A DNA stretch of 64,000 nt from a virus (IMGVR_UViG_3300021255_000109:32001-96000); one strand, 5' to 3'; counted from the first letter of the stretch, positions 10,588-22,388 are shown. Numbers and translations: made by a program. Notes: generated from the letters alone by a model not told the origin.

Positions 10588-12337
10588 ATCATTCCTCCTC
10601 CTTTATTTTTTGTGTCCATTTTAATAAAATCCATCCTTCGCCGCCGCTTAATTTACCCCATCCATTTTGTTCATCAACAATAGTATAAACATCATCCTAA
10701 GCAACTACCATTGTTATTGTAGATTCAAGATTAGGCTATTCGCGCACATTAAGTAAAGATGTATTAATACGAACTTTATAATTAATTACTTCAGCTATTG
10801 GTAGAATAAACTCTTTCGCAACTTCACCAATAATGTCTCCATTGCGTGTAGTTGAAAATACAATAGTCTTTTCTTTAATATCACGTACATATAGAGTAGA
10901 TTTAAAGATCCAACCTGGAATTATTCTATCATCTGTATATTTAGCTCCATTAATAAGTTTAAATGTATCACCAATTTTCATATTATCATATATAGAAACA
11001 GTTCTCTGAGATACTGTTGCAATATATTGATCTGTTGGTTTTAATACTAATAATAATTTTTCGGTAGCTTCTCTTATATCATTCATATTCGTATCATGTT
11101 TATTAAACCAATGATAAACATCTGCGCAATTAGAAGCCAATCCATATTTATAAGCATCTTGATGACATAAAATAGTTGGTACGACATACTTATCATAATT
11201 AGTCATATTAATAGGGTTAAAATGGAATTTAGCGCATAAATATGCTAAAACATGAATAAGTTCCTAATAAATCATAGTGAAATACATTTTATTATTTAAT
11301 AGACCTTCACAAATTTGTATTTGTATATAACGATCATTTGCTGTACCATGTGAGCCAGCGCCACACTCAATACCCTAAATATCCCAAGGTAATGTTTGAA
11401 TTGCTTCAATTTTATCATTTGCAACTTTACCAATCCAAATATGCGCTCCGCCCATAACTTCGCTGTGATTCCAGTCATTACCATAGCTATTGTACCCTAA
11501 TAAAGAAATTAATTCTTCATAGTTTTCATCATTAGCACTTGGCTATACAAAGCGTTTTAAATATGGGCTATTAATACCAGTGCTATGAATTATTATACCT
11601 ATTGGATTATTTAATGGTTTATTCATCTTATAGCATGTGCTATTAGTCATAATACATTGAGTTGGACCATTATCTAATGTATATTTAGGTTCTTCATATA
11701 CATCCATAAGCGTTTTAGGATTAACTTGATGTAATGTAGAGCTAAAAGTAGTTGGTTCTATGATTGTAATATTAGAAATCTATTCTAATCCTAAATCTTG
11801 GATAGGATCTATTTCTAACTCATCCGTGATTTGTTCTTCAAAGAGTTCATAATATTGTGCGCACATAAATGCACGTATTTCAAGAGTATCTTCTGATTCT
11901 TCGGTTAGATTCTTATAATTTTCTACTATTGCATCAGAAGCCTCACGTATATTATCAGTATGTTTAAGCACGCGCCATACTCCGGCATAATATTCTCTTT
12001 GTAATTGTCTACAAAGAAATTCTAATTGTGTTTCAAAATCTCCAATAGATTGACCTTTATTATGCGCATATGCTAATAATTTTTCTTTATCTTCTGGTTT
12101 TTGCCATTGCATTAATCCAAAAGCTACGTTATCATTAACAAAGTCTGTATATGTTCCATCGTCAATGGCTTGTATATATTCTTCTTCTGATAAAGTTGGA
12201 TGTTGTGACGTAGTGGGAATTAAATCACTATCTATGAATATGTTGCCCACGAGTCCAGCAGTACCATAAGAATTTTTAGTTTTTCTTATGATAAAATTCC
12301 AAGCTTTTTCAGCATTTGTCTTTCCTACTAAACTCAA
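10559..12337 (-). CDS. Multidomain cell-wall hydrolase: phage tail lysozyme-like + Amidase_2 + SH3b (6 in-frame TAGs)
   Basis: One frame open via TAGs at 11780, 11543, 11375, 11264, 10736, 10697; AFGLMQW, IIHSTG..PYLKRFV*P, QTLPW, ILCHQD, LLNVRE*P. Confidence 0.85.
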
Positions 12338-12390
12338 TTTTTTTCTCCTTTATAAAAAAAAGAGACTTGCGCGAAGTCCCTTTTAGTTAA

Positions 12391-13647
12391 TTATCTTTTT
12401 AATAATCGTGCTAAATCAGCAATCTTACTACGATGCACATAACATAATTCAACTTCACCGTACAAATCGCAGCCACGGTACACTTTAGACACTCTTTTTA
12501 TTCCATTATAATCACCTGCGTATGCAGATAAATCAACTTGTGTTTTATCATCGCCATCTATAATGCAAATAGATTTTTCTCCAATTCTACTTAAAGCCAA
12601 TTGCATTAAATCTATATCAAGATTCTGTGCCTCAGAGATATATACACCGCAGTTATCAGGAGTTTCATAACCACGAATATCTGATAAAGGCAATAGTACA
12701 AGTACATCGTCATCAATTAGACGTTCAACTTCTATACGACTACCTATTTTACTAATTAATAGGTTACCGATTTGTGAGTCTAATAGCTTTTCATCTCTTG
12801 ATCCAGGATAGTAGCCTAGCTTTGCAGAATTACGAGTAGCTACTGGATTACAGAAAATTACAATTTTATTGATTAGACCTTTATCTAGTTTATGAAATAA
12901 ATACCCAAGGGATAAATAAGTTTTTCCTGAACCGGCAGGTCCTTTTAATAAGGTTAATTGGTTATTAATAAGCGAGTCTGCCGCAAATGCTTGATAAGGA
13001 TCATTCTTTACTGGTTTAACATCACCGAACCATTTAGATTGAAAAGTAGAGTATTGTAATCGTCTGTACCCTTCTCCTGTCCAGCACAATTTATCTATAA
13101 TTTCATTATTATCATTGCGAATAAGAATATATTCATTAGTTTGTAAATTATATATATTCTTGTCATATTGTGAATAAAATTCACTCATTTCTTCATCTGT
13201 TAAACTTACATCACAATAGCCTTTATATTTGTCTGTTGGTTCATAACCAACCATTTCAATACTGTCACTACCAAAAAATAAATTAGCCATACGTTCTAAG
13301 CTAATATCATTTGTAACAAATACAGTTTCATCAGGATGAACATCTGTGTCATATGCAATAGCACAAGCTAAAATTTTCATATCATTAGAGATACTTAAAT
13401 TCTTTTTTGTGATTGGTTCTAGCATATCATTTTTAAAAATTACAACATCATAGTTATCCTTAAATTCATGAAGTAGATTTAATAGATGACGAGCGGCATA
13501 TTTAATTTCAGAATCTTTATTATCAGAAGTTTTTATATTTTCAAGTTCTTGTAATGTAACTGATGAAATAGCAAATTTATTAGCTTCTTCAAATAACCCA
13601 TCCCTTAGTATTAACATACTACTGGTATCATAAAATTTATATGTCAT
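12391..13647 (-). CDS. phoH: PhoH-family ATPase with N-terminal PIN domain
   Basis: YDTS..., DMKILAC, VTND, GPAGSGKT, IRG, EAQN, SRIG, GD..QVD. Confidence 0.9.
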   Translation of the reverse strand: MTYKFYDTSSMLILRDGLFEEANKFAISSVTLQELENIKTSDNKDSEIKYAARHLLNLLHEFKDNYDVVIFKNDMLEPITKKNLSISNDMKILACAIAYDTDVHPDETVFVTNDISLERMANLFFGSDSIEMVGYEPTDKYKGYCDVSLTDEEMSEFYSQYDKNIYNLQTNEYILIRNDNNEIIDKLCWTGEGYRRLQYSTFQSKWFGDVKPVKNDPYQAFAADSLINNQLTLLKGPAGSGKTYLSLGYLFHKLDKGLINKIVIFCNPVATRNSAKLGYYPGSRDEKLLDSQIGNLLISKIGSRIEVERLIDDDVLVLLPLSDIRGYETPDNCGVYISEAQNLDIDLMQLALSRIGEKSICIIDGDDKTQVDLSAYAGDYNGIKRVSKVYRGCDLYGEVELCYVHRSKIADLARLLKR

Positions 13648-13913
13648 TCTTCATACTCCTCTTCATCTTCTTCTGCATCTGAAAGGTCAGGAGCCTGGAA
13701 TCCAATTACATTAGTTTCTTCATATGGTTTTTCTGACTCTTCAGAAAGTTTTTGTACTTCTTGGTTATGTTTTGCTACTTCTACTGCCATTTTCCCCTTG
13801 CGTTTTTCTAAAGCTAATTGTATACACTCTGTGCAGCTAACAATTAATGGCATTAAAGCATCTTCAAAAATTATACCAAAAATAAAATAAAATAATTTCA
13901 AGAAAGCTACCAT
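13644..13913 (-). CDS. Hypothetical membrane protein
   Basis: N-terminal hydrophobic segment, acidic tail. Confidence 0.6.
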   Translation of the reverse strand: MVAFLKLFYFIFGIIFEDALMPLIVSCTECIQLALEKRKGKMAVEVAKHNQEVQKLSEESEKPYEETNVIGFQAPDLSDAEEDEEEYEE

Positions 13914-13962
13914 CCTTTCTTATAATCTTTTTCATATGAATATAAAAAGCGTGTAAGATATT

Positions 13963-14403
13963 TTATTGATTTTTGGCCTTTCTATAACTTATCACATGTT
14001 TGTGAAACTCTTCTTTATCGCTAATATAAGTTTTGAGATCATCTTTAAGCGAATGAATTTCATCTTGAATTTCATGTAACAATTTTTGATTACGCTCAAT
14101 AGTACGAATAAGCATTTGATTACTATAATCTTGCGGATTATAATACTTTTTACTTTGATCAATTACATGCAAAAACTTAGTTAGTGCATTTAACTCAGGC
14201 TTAATCACATGGTCACGCATATAAATAAGGTAACTAATTGTTGCTCGACGTTCTGCAATTTCCATACCTATCTTTTCACTTTTAAATGACATATCATCAG
14301 GGCTGCATTGAGCTGTTCCAATATGTTGACTACCATCTGATGCTGTGATTATAAAAGTCGCTAATCCTGTTAATTCGTCCCATGTCATTATAGGCTTTTT
14401 CAT
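13963..14403 (-). CDS. Hypothetical protein
   Basis: ORF with RBS and promoter; GTAQCSPDD motif resembles 29428-29760. Confidence 0.65.
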   Translation of the reverse strand: MKKPIMTWDELTGLATFIITASDGSQHIGTAQCSPDDMSFKSEKIGMEIAERRATISYLIYMRDHVIKPELNALTKFLHVIDQSKKYYNPQDYSNQMLIRTIERNQKLLHEIQDEIHSLKDDLKTYISDKEEFHKHVISYRKAKNQ

Positions 14404-14567
14404 AAAAGTAAACTCCTTTAATTTAATCTTTCTTATATTATACTAAAAAAAACGAAAAAAATCAATTTGTGCCATTTTCCCAAAAAATTACCATAGGCGA
14501 TCTCAAGGGCTGCAACGGCCGCTAACGCTGGTCATGGTAAAGAAAAAATCTCAGCTTGCGCTGAGAT

Positions 14568-15119
14568 TTAAACCTGAAATCGTGGGTGTGTTTTGATATC
14601 ATTCAAAATAGTATCAAGACTAACAGGTGTATTATTATGTGCATCAAGTTCTGCATGATAAACAATGCCCAGGTCAATATCTTTCCATTTGTCAGTAGTA
14701 TGAGAATGACCGCACACATTGATAATTCTGGCTTTAAGCGGCTTATCAACGTCATAATTAGAACACAGTGTAGGAAAATGAGAAAAATAAAAATGATAAC
14801 CTTTATATTTTAATCTATAAGCCAGCTCGACAGAATCAACATTCCATGATGACAAATATAAGATTTTTCTTGCCTCAGAATCATGATTACCAAGAACGAT
14901 ATGGATTTTTCCTTTAAGCTGATGCAAACACTTCATACCCTCTACATTATCATTTAGCATAACATCGCCAAGAAGATATACTTCATCATCTGGTTGAACA
15001 ACACTATTCCAATTTTTGATAATAGCTTTATTCATATCCTGTACAGTCTCGAACCCGCGCGGTTTATATAGAAATTCTTGCGTATGACAAAAATGCGTAT
15101 CAGACGTTACATAAATCAC
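14568..15119 (-). CDS. Calcineurin-like metallophosphoesterase
   Basis: SDTHF, LGD, GNHD, HFP, GHSH. Confidence 0.9.
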   Translation of the reverse strand: MIYVTSDTHFCHTQEFLYKPRGFETVQDMNKAIIKNWNSVVQPDDEVYLLGDVMLNDNVEGMKCLHQLKGKIHIVLGNHDSEARKILYLSSWNVDSVELAYRLKYKGYHFYFSHFPTLCSNYDVDKPLKARIINVCGHSHTTDKWKDIDLGIVYHAELDAHNNTPVSLDTILNDIKTHPRFQV

Positions 15120-15592
15120 TCAGGCACCTCCACATATTTTACATCAAAGATTTTGTTTTCATCTTCCTCAGGACGCTCAAACTGAAACCACATACGACGT
15201 ATAGCTGATGCAGGAACTCTAGCAAGTCCCGAACGCTTGTTATTACGTCTTAAGGTCTCAGCCAATGACGGCCGCACAACAACCACAGTAATATTGTCAA
15301 CATTAGACAAATCTAATGCATTTAATACCTTATCACGAGAAGCTTTGGTGATATGAGTCGCATCTGCATAGATGTCAATCGGGGTTTCATCGCTATCAAT
15401 GGACTCCTGGATGTAACGTATAAAAGTCTTAAAGACTTCTTTCTCTTTTCCGAAATAGTCATCTTCATCTGTAATCATACTAAAACGAATTGCATCACGA
15501 GAAATAACATACGGTTCTTTTACATGCTTGCGAATCCACGTACTTTTGCCCGATCCGGGTGCTCCACACATAATATATAAATTATGCTTCAT
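15116..15592 (-). CDS. P-loop polynucleotide kinase (AAA_33/PNK-like)
   Basis: GAPGSGKST, SRDAIR, DAT, RN..R lid. Confidence 0.85.
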   Translation of the reverse strand: MKHNLYIMCGAPGSGKSTWIRKHVKEPYVISRDAIRFSMITDEDDYFGKEKEVFKTFIRYIQESIDSDETPIDIYADATHITKASRDKVLNALDLSNVDNITVVVVRPSLAETLRRNNKRSGLARVPASAIRRMWFQFERPEEDENKIFDVKYVEVPE

Positions 15593-16308
15593 TACTCTAC
15601 CTCCTGTGAGTTGCTGAATAGGTTAATTACTTCTAATGTATCCAGATTCAATAATACAGTGCAATTCGTATAAAAAACACCATTATCAATATTGATTTTA
15701 TGCCCATTACAATATGAAAAAGCCATAGGTAATGTTACTTCAATATCTTGCTTTTTCGCATATAAAGTATCTAAAAGATATTCCATTGGAGTATGTCCAT
15801 GAACACAGATATCTTTAGGGTATGTATCCTCGTCCCATTTATCAAAAAAATGTGAACGATTCCAAAGCAATTTATCACTCTGTATCTCATCTTTGCGACC
15901 GCACGTAAATCCTGCATGAGACAAGTGAAATGTAGTGCCTTGACTATTAGTATATTGAGCGGTTAATGGAAGAGTATTTATACGAGATATCCAAATCGGG
16001 TCTGCGCCATCTTGTTTCCAGCTTCGATATGTTTCAAATCCACCATTATACATCCATAGTTCAAAACAATCTTGCAACTTTCTCTTCGCTACCTTCTGGC
16101 TTAAACCCCATACCATCAAATCTTCATGATTGCCCTTTAAATAAATCCATTGGGGATTCTCATATATAGCCTTAATAGTACGCCAACCATGCGGGCCTCT
16201 ATCACCGGCATCGCCCAGAAAATATACTTTATCTTCTGGCTTTAATATTTTGCATACCTGTTCATATATATCATACATGCCGTGAATATCGGCTATCGCG
16301 TAGTTCAT
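15592..16308 (-). CDS. Ser/Thr-phosphatase-like metallophosphoesterase
   Basis: DIHG, GDAGDRG, GNHE, HAG, GHTP, IDNG. Confidence 0.9.
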   Translation of the reverse strand: MNYAIADIHGMYDIYEQVCKILKPEDKVYFLGDAGDRGPHGWRTIKAIYENPQWIYLKGNHEDLMVWGLSQKVAKRKLQDCFELWMYNGGFETYRSWKQDGADPIWISRINTLPLTAQYTNSQGTTFHLSHAGFTCGRKDEIQSDKLLWNRSHFFDKWDEDTYPKDICVHGHTPMEYLLDTLYAKKQDIEVTLPMAFSYCNGHKINIDNGVFYTNCTVLLNLDTLEVINLFSNSQEVE

Positions 16309-16319
16309 TTTAGTCCTCC

Positions 16320-16694
16320 TTAAAATACAATCACTCGTGATGTTGGCTTCCATGCCATATGTATATAATCAGTTTTATCCTGTTTAACTGCATCAATATC
16401 ATCCCAGACATGGCTATCATAAATAATAAAATCATTTACGTATTCCCACAATTTATATCTGATTTCATAATTATCAGTATAAAATCTACTATACTGGCCA
16501 GTTTTCTTATCTCTGATATCAAGCATCATTTTTAAATAACCACCAGAATTATCGTCAAATCGTTCGAACTCAGCAGCCCACTGATGCACATAAAAGCGAC
16601 CTTTCCAAAGCTCATCCTGGGCCAAATTACGATTTAAGGCATGAATAATTTTACTGCATTTCTTTTGCATACGTTTACGCAGTTTATCTCTCAT
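16320..16694 (-). CDS. Hypothetical protein
   Basis: ORF with RBS behind promoter. Confidence 0.6.
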   Translation of the reverse strand: MRDKLRKRMQKKCSKIIHALNRNLAQDELWKGRFYVHQWAAEFERFDDNSGGYLKMMLDIRDKKTGQYSRFYTDNYEIRYKLWEYVNDFIIYDSHVWDDIDAVKQDKTDYIHMAWKPTSRVIVF

Positions 16695-16780
16695 ATATTT
16701 TTCCTCTTTTCTATTTTCTATAAATATTATACCAAAAATTTTACAAAAAATCAAAGGCGGTCTTTACACCGCCTTTACTT

Positions 16781-17317
16781 TTACAAAGATTGAAATTCAA
16801 ACTCTGCGTCATATTCATTAATCCATTTTTGTAATTTTTCAGTAAATCTGGAATTACTTTCTGACTTATATATTTCTTTATAAGCTGCTTCTCTGGCCTT
16901 ACTCATGCAAGCCCCGCAATAAACAGAGCCAGCCACACCAATAGAAGTTGGTACAAAATCATAATGAAATGCGCCTCCAATAGCGCCCGTTTTGAGTAAT
17001 CTCTGTTCTGCAGTTGTTGCATTATGTTGTTTCGCCAAATGCTGCTCTTCCCAATCTGCTATTGCTTTTGCTTCTGAAGCGCTAATTGGGAAACCCCTAT
17101 ATGCATCTTCACGAACTGCTTTTAATTCAGCTTTTATCTTTTGTAATGTTTCGTCTTTCCACTTTTCAGCATTAAGTTTTTCCATTTCTGCCCGAGCAAA
17201 TTCTGCTTGGCGCTCAGCCGATTCAATACGCTCACGAATACTATCACAGATTTCATCAACAGTGGCTATATCCATAAACTTACCATTTACATAAGTAGAA
17301 TATCTCCCTTTAGACAC
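16781..17317 (-). CDS. Hypothetical protein
   Basis: Coiled coil plus GAIGG..Y.F.PTSIG motif. Confidence 0.65.
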   Translation of the reverse strand: MSKGRYSTYVNGKFMDIATVDEICDSIRERIESAERQAEFARAEMEKLNAEKWKDETLQKIKAELKAVREDAYRGFPISASEAKAIADWEEQHLAKQHNATTAEQRLLKTGAIGGAFHYDFVPTSIGVAGSVYCGACMSKAREAAYKEIYKSESNSRFTEKLQKWINEYDAEFEFQSL

Positions 17318-17504
17318 TTTTTAGCACCTCCATAATAGCGCATGTATGTTTATCTTCATCCCAAATCATACATTCGGTTTCAATGCAGGGTAAAAAATCC
17401 TCTTTATATTTTGTGTCTACTACTGCTCCATTTCCCGCAAAATGATAATTAACCATTTCAGTGCTTTTGCGCAAAGGACACAATTTATCAATTGTAGCTA
17501 TCAT
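17310..17504 (-). CDS. Small Cys-containing hypothetical protein
   Basis: CP...C...C..W...C pattern, RBS. Confidence 0.55.
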   Translation of the reverse strand: MIATIDKLCPLRKSTEMVNYHFAGNGAVVDTKYKEDFLPCIETECMIWDEDKHTCAIMEVLKSV

Positions 17505-17517
17505 TTTATTCGCCTCC

Positions 17518-17991
17518 TCAGTTTAGAACTTCTTTTTGCTGGAGTCTACCTCGCTCAACAAATAGATTCATAAATGAGTGATATCCAACATTAAGAAAAT
17601 CTTTTCTGCTGATATAATTAGCGCAGCATCCTCGCATCATAACGCTATAATCTGTATCGCTTTCTTCCATTTCAATGATAAGAACTTTTTTGCCTTTTCC
17701 AAAAGCATAGCCGCACTCCCATGCGGTGCCAGCTGTGCCATTACGACCATAATCGCATACCACAATCCAATCAGAATTGTCAATAGCAACCACATCAAGA
17801 GCAAAAATGCAACGCGCCCATTCCTGAATCGACATTCCCCATGCATTAGGTACTCCATGTGATTTAGGGTCATAGAATGATAATGTATCATGGCTTTCAA
17901 GACATTTAAAAATATTTCTAATTTCATCAACTTCTTTTTCGACTTTCTCAGAGATTCCTACAATGGGGGCTGCAAAATAAATTTTTATCAT
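17518..17991 (-). CDS. Nucleoside 2-deoxyribosyltransferase-like protein
   Basis: IYFAAP, D..AID.SD, GTAWECGYA..KGK. Confidence 0.85.
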   Translation of the reverse strand: MIKIYFAAPIVGISEKVEKEVDEIRNIFKCLESHDTLSFYDPKSHGVPNAWGMSIQEWARCIFALDVVAIDNSDWIVVCDYGRNGTAGTAWECGYAFGKGKKVLIIEMEESDTDYSVMMRGCCANYISRKDFLNVGYHSFMNLFVERGRLQQKEVLN

Positions 17992-18144
17992 TTATATTTA
18001 TTTAACTCCTTGTTGATATATTTCAACATATTCAATATATAATCATATGCGGCAAGTATGTCCTCAGTTTCCATTACCAAGTTACACTTGCCGCAATCTC
18101 TGTCGCAATCTCGACTGACGCACTTGCGTTCAATCGAGAGAATA

Positions 18145-19518
18145 TCAATTGCTTTCGGTAGTGTCATTGTTTACCTCTTCTGCTTCTTCGATATCAGGAG
18201 CTTCAGCGTCAGCCTTAGCGATACCTTCAAGGCATTTAAAACTAAAGTTCTTATGCTTGTAAGCAGTAAACTTTGGTTTATTTACGATACGAATGACTAC
18301 GCCTTCGCGCACATGACTTAATCCGATAGGGTCGGGCCCATCATAATAGCGCTCAGCAATCATACGAACATATTCTCCATAAGACATATCTGTGGTTTCG
18401 CCGGTTTCAAGGTTAATACTTACGGGTTTATTCTTTTCAGTGATATAACCCTGCCAGAAAACTGGTACATACTGACATCCAATCTGCTCGCAACGATAGC
18501 GCATATAATCAGGAGTATATTCTACGATATCTCCATCTTCATTAGTCATAGTCATACGGTAAACATAAAACTTAGACTGGCCAGGCTCGCACCCATAAGA
18601 GAAAGTTGTAGTTTTGCCATATTTCTTTATAAACTCTTTATCTTTTGTCTTTGAGTTATCTACAGACCCCATAATTGGAGTACCAGTATCGGTAAATCCA
18701 ACTACTTCATAGTAAACCTCTTCACCTTTATGAAGCTTTCCTTTGAAGAAGTCTGCGTGCGGCTGGCGGAAATGATTAGACCCATAGAAACCAGATTTGA
18801 AGTCGTTCAGTACAGTTCTACGAGTACCAGTCACATAGCCCCAATCATAGATAGGAGTTCCTTCTTTTCTGGTAATTCTATCCCAAAGAGTTCTTTTATA
18901 TCCCTGGAATACTGGCAGGTATCCAGTACGCTGAGAAGTTCCGTGCATTTTCAAAGTGATTTCAATTAAATCACCCGCTTTGAAAGCATCCAGATTGTAA
19001 GCAAGCTGCTCAGTATCAGCGTGCTCAACAAACAGAGGCGCCAGTGGCACCTTGCGCTTTCTTACGCGATTTCCCTCTTTACTATTGCCAGCAACTTTAA
19101 CTGGTTTCATTGGAATGTACTTACGACAAATTTCGTGGCCATTGATAACAGTAATAGCTTCACCCGGAGTAAAAGACCCAGCACTATCTCCAAGGTAGTT
19201 AAAGCAAGAGATAGGAAGATATAATCCATCAGATTTCTCGCCACGGAGTTTAATTGTAGTTACATTTCTCTTATCAGGGTCCATATAACCACCAATATTA
19301 GCGCCATTCTCATCTTTCTTTCTTACCAGATTATTAGCCTCACAGAATTCTGTAGAAAGCTGCAGGTCAGTTGGAAAATAGATACCGATGTCTCCTACCG
19401 CAACATCCAAAGAAACACAAGTATCATTACCAAAAAAAGTAGCAATCTGAAGCTTATCTGCATTAGAATGCGGGCGAAGATGTTCAACTTTTACAATATA
19501 TCCACAATGCTCACTCAT
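18145..19518 (-). CDS. RNA ligase (Rnl2/DRB0094-like)
   Basis: N-terminal PHSNADKL OB-like domain, LRGEKSDG, KMHGTS, YYEVVG, REGVV, KHK. Confidence 0.85.
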   Translation of the reverse strand: MSEHCGYIVKVEHLRPHSNADKLQIATFFGNDTCVSLDVAVGDIGIYFPTDLQLSTEFCEANNLVRKKDENGANIGGYMDPDKRNVTTIKLRGEKSDGLYLPISCFNYLGDSAGSFTPGEAITVINGHEICRKYIPMKPVKVAGNSKEGNRVRKRKVPLAPLFVEHADTEQLAYNLDAFKAGDLIEITLKMHGTSQRTGYLPVFQGYKRTLWDRITRKEGTPIYDWGYVTGTRRTVLNDFKSGFYGSNHFRQPHADFFKGKLHKGEEVYYEVVGFTDTGTPIMGSVDNSKTKDKEFIKKYGKTTTFSYGCEPGQSKFYVYRMTMTNEDGDIVEYTPDYMRYRCEQIGCQYVPVFWQGYITEKNKPVSINLETGETTDMSYGEYVRMIAERYYDGPDPIGLSHVREGVVIRIVNKPKFTAYKHKNFSFKCLEGIAKADAEAPDIEEAEEVNNDTTESN

Positions 19519-20365
19519 TCTTATCCTCCTTCGGCATAATTATTTTCCATGTTTTATCCATATACAAGGTATTTCCGTTGATAGCTTTTAAAATTCTATT
19601 TTTGATTTTAGTTTTATCAGCTCGCTCTCTATCTGCAACATTTATATGATTGACCGCATATGAAACAGCTTTATGCAATCCCTGAAAACTCTTAATAAGA
19701 GTTGTACCAGATTTGTTATACATTTCAACAACGCACTCTGACCAGTCTGGTTTATCAGTTTGAGTGGTTATTGTTGGCTGAGCAGAAGCGACTGTTTCAT
19801 ATTCTGGGAAAGGGTGTCCTGTTACAATCTCTTCATTTGATACATGCTCAAAAACTTCTTTTAAAAAACGTGCATCTTCAAGAGCATCATGAGTCTGTAT
19901 TACAGACTCTTCATTTCTATAATAAGCAACAAGCTTAATTAAAGAAATATGTTTAGCCAAGCCAAAATGAGCTTTTACAATATTGCTATAATCATACAGA
20001 TTCATAGCAATTAGTGATAAAGCGGCCTGAGCAGCAAAAGAATTTGTTTTAGATAAATTCTTTCTAATAAATTTACTATCAGATGTGCCATAACAATAAA
20101 ATGTTACAATGTCATCTTCTGTATGTGCACATAACCACTGAAAAAATTTACTAAACACCTCATCTGAGGTTGGTGCGGTCTGACGCACCTCATCTGTAAT
20201 ACCTGTTAAAGAAGTGATAAAGCTGGTGATTTTCTTCTCAGACCGCACATAACTATGGAACTCATCACCCTTTTCGCTTATACATCCAATAGAAATAATC
20301 TCATTGGAAAATTGCGTTGCTTCGAAGTCAATAAAAAAATTCATAATTTTCTCCTTTTTAGTCAA
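19511..20365 (-). CDS. DEDDh 3'-5' exonuclease
   Basis: IDFEAT, EIISIG, LTGIT, HDALEDA. Confidence 0.85.
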   Translation of the reverse strand: MTKKEKIMNFFIDFEATQFSNEIISIGCISEKGDEFHSYVRSEKKITSFITSLTGITDEVRQTAPTSDEVFSKFFQWLCAHTEDDIVTFYCYGTSDSKFIRKNLSKTNSFAAQAALSLIAMNLYDYSNIVKAHFGLAKHISLIKLVAYYRNEESVIQTHDALEDARFLKEVFEHVSNEEIVTGHPFPEYETVASAQPTITTQTDKPDWSECVVEMYNKSGTTLIKSFQGLHKAVSYAVNHINVADRERADKTKIKNRILKAINGNTLYMDKTWKIIMPKEDKNE

Positions 20366-21218
20366 GATACTCAGCCAGTTTCTTACTGCGGATAGGACTT
20401 CTCAGCTTACGCATTGCCTTCTCTTCTATCTGTCTAATACGCTCACGAGTCACATTGTATACCTTACCAATTTCCTCAAGGGTCATCGGTCTTACGGCAT
20501 CAATGCCAAAGCGCATTTTGATAACTTCAGCTTCACGCGGCTCAAGTGTCGCCAGAGCGGCCATAATCTGATTATGACGCTCTTCCTTGACAATGTTATT
20601 GTAAGGAGATTCAAACTTATCGTCAGCTACAAGGTCTCCCATTGTAGCATCTTCATCATCGCCCACCGGAACATCAAGGGACAGAGTCTCACGAGAAAAA
20701 TCCCAGATTTCATATACCTTGGATGCGTCAATTTTCATAAACTTTGCAATCTGCTCGGCAGTAGGAGCCTGCCCCAGCTTCTGCGTCAGTTCAGAAGTTG
20801 CCTTCTTAACTTTACTCGCGAGGTCAATCATATGTACTGGAATACGGATTGCTTTATTCTGTTCAGCTAGTGCACGACCGATTGCCTGACGAATCCAATA
20901 AGTTGCGTATGTTGAAAATCTAAAGCCTCTGGAGGGGTCAAACTTCTCTACTGCTTTCATCAGCCCAATAGAGCCTTCCTGCACAAGGTCAGCAAAACTC
21001 AAAGACGTACCATTGTACTTTCTGGCGATAGAAAGCACCAAACGCAAATTGCGAGTAATTAATTCTTCACGAGCGGTATTATCTCCATGCTGGACTCTTG
21101 CAACAAGAGCCTTTTCCTCTTCCTCAGAAAGAAGTTCATAATCTCCAAACTGACGAACCATTAATTTAACAGAATCAATGCTTACATACTTATCTTCGTT
21201 AATCACAACTTCTTTCAT
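20358..21218 (-). CDS. RpoD/SigA-like RNA polymerase sigma factor
   Basis: NLRLV.SIA, DLVQEG.IGL, FSTYATYWIRQAI, TLEEIG...VTRERIRQIE. Confidence 0.95.
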   Translation of the reverse strand: MKEVVINEDKYVSIDSVKLMVRQFGDYELLSEEEEKALVARVQHGDNTAREELITRNLRLVLSIARKYNGTSLSFADLVQEGSIGLMKAVEKFDPSRGFRFSTYATYWIRQAIGRALAEQNKAIRIPVHMIDLASKVKKATSELTQKLGQAPTAEQIAKFMKIDASKVYEIWDFSRETLSLDVPVGDDEDATMGDLVADDKFESPYNNIVKEERHNQIMAALATLEPREAEVIKMRFGIDAVRPMTLEEIGKVYNVTRERIRQIEEKAMRKLRSPIRSKKLAEYLD

Positions 21219-21276
21219 AAGAACCCCCTCTTAAAATTCTTTTCTCAACTTTTCTATAAATATTATACCAAAAATT

Positions 21277-22164
21277 TTACAAAAAATCAAAAGCGGACTC
21301 TATAGTGCGCTTTGCGTTCTCTTCATTCCAATCAGGATAAGTAGTAAAATTTAGTTTTAATCCAAAAGGTAATCTAATACCATTATCCCACTTCTCCCAA
21401 CGGTCAGCTATCTCATCTAATGTAGCAAAGTTATTCATAAACATCTCTACATGTGGACGGATAACATTATCTTCATGGAAATGTCCGAATAACCACGCAT
21501 ATTTCCAGTTAATTTCATTTTTTAAATTGTCCAACCATTTTTCCATAGTGTTATCTACGGTATGCTGGTCAACATTTGTTAAAAATAAATTAAAAGGTTG
21601 CCAGGTATATGGGCAAGTATGAGACAGTACAAAATCAAAAGACATATTTTGTACATTAGCTTCAATGTTAAACATCTCCTGTGGTGTTAATTGCTCATCT
21701 TTAAACCATCCAGTCCACTGTGTTTCAGGGCCAATACCTCGTGCAGCTGCTATGGCTAATCTATAATTTTTATCCACAGAATATGCACCACCAATTACAA
21801 GTGTAGAATATCCATTGAAATTATAGATGCCGCCATCTTTTAAATAACGGATATTTGGATACTCTTTTTCATACATTACATATCCGTTAATAAGCTCATC
21901 ATAATCTTCTAAGATAGAAGGCAGGTTTTCCGGACGCTCTTCATGGTTCCCGCGCACACAATAAACCAGGCAATTTAGACTTTGCACATATTCTTTATTT
22001 TTTCTATCAGTTTTATTGAGATAGAAATTAAAGCCAACATCGCCAAGGATAATCAATGCATGAGAAGTAATGTCATATAGTTCGCAAAAACGCTAAATAT
22101 CTTCTGTATGACCGTGAATATCGCCGGTTATAACAAAATGTTTAATTTTTCCATTCCATTTCAT
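21277..22164 (-). CDS. Metallophosphoesterase (in-frame TAG at 22093)
   Basis: First motif GDIHG lies upstream of the TAG; LGD, GNHE, GGAYSVD, HTCP, GHFH lie downstream. Confidence 0.88.
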
Positions 22165-22166
22165 AT

Positions 22167-22388
22167 TTATTCTCCAAATGTAAGTTTAACTTGTTCTCCA
22201 TTATATTCAAAACGTTTTGGGTCAATATATTCTATACTAAATAATTTATACTATCCCGGACGAAAAGTAATTTTATTAGTAGTTTTATCTCTCGGTATTT
22301 CTAAAGTAATTTTTACCCATAAAAAAGTATTGGCTAATGGAGATACAAAAGTATAATCATCTAACCAATATCCTATCCATTCTAACAT
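22167..22388 (-). CDS. Hypothetical protein (in-frame TAG at 22251)
   Basis: Fills the gap between neighbours exactly when TAG is read through. Confidence 0.5.

Noticed and set aside
9496-12337. Pseudogenised lysis genes
   Set aside because: All interruptions are TAG in a single frame, with no frameshifts or TAA/TGA, and a CTA tRNA is present
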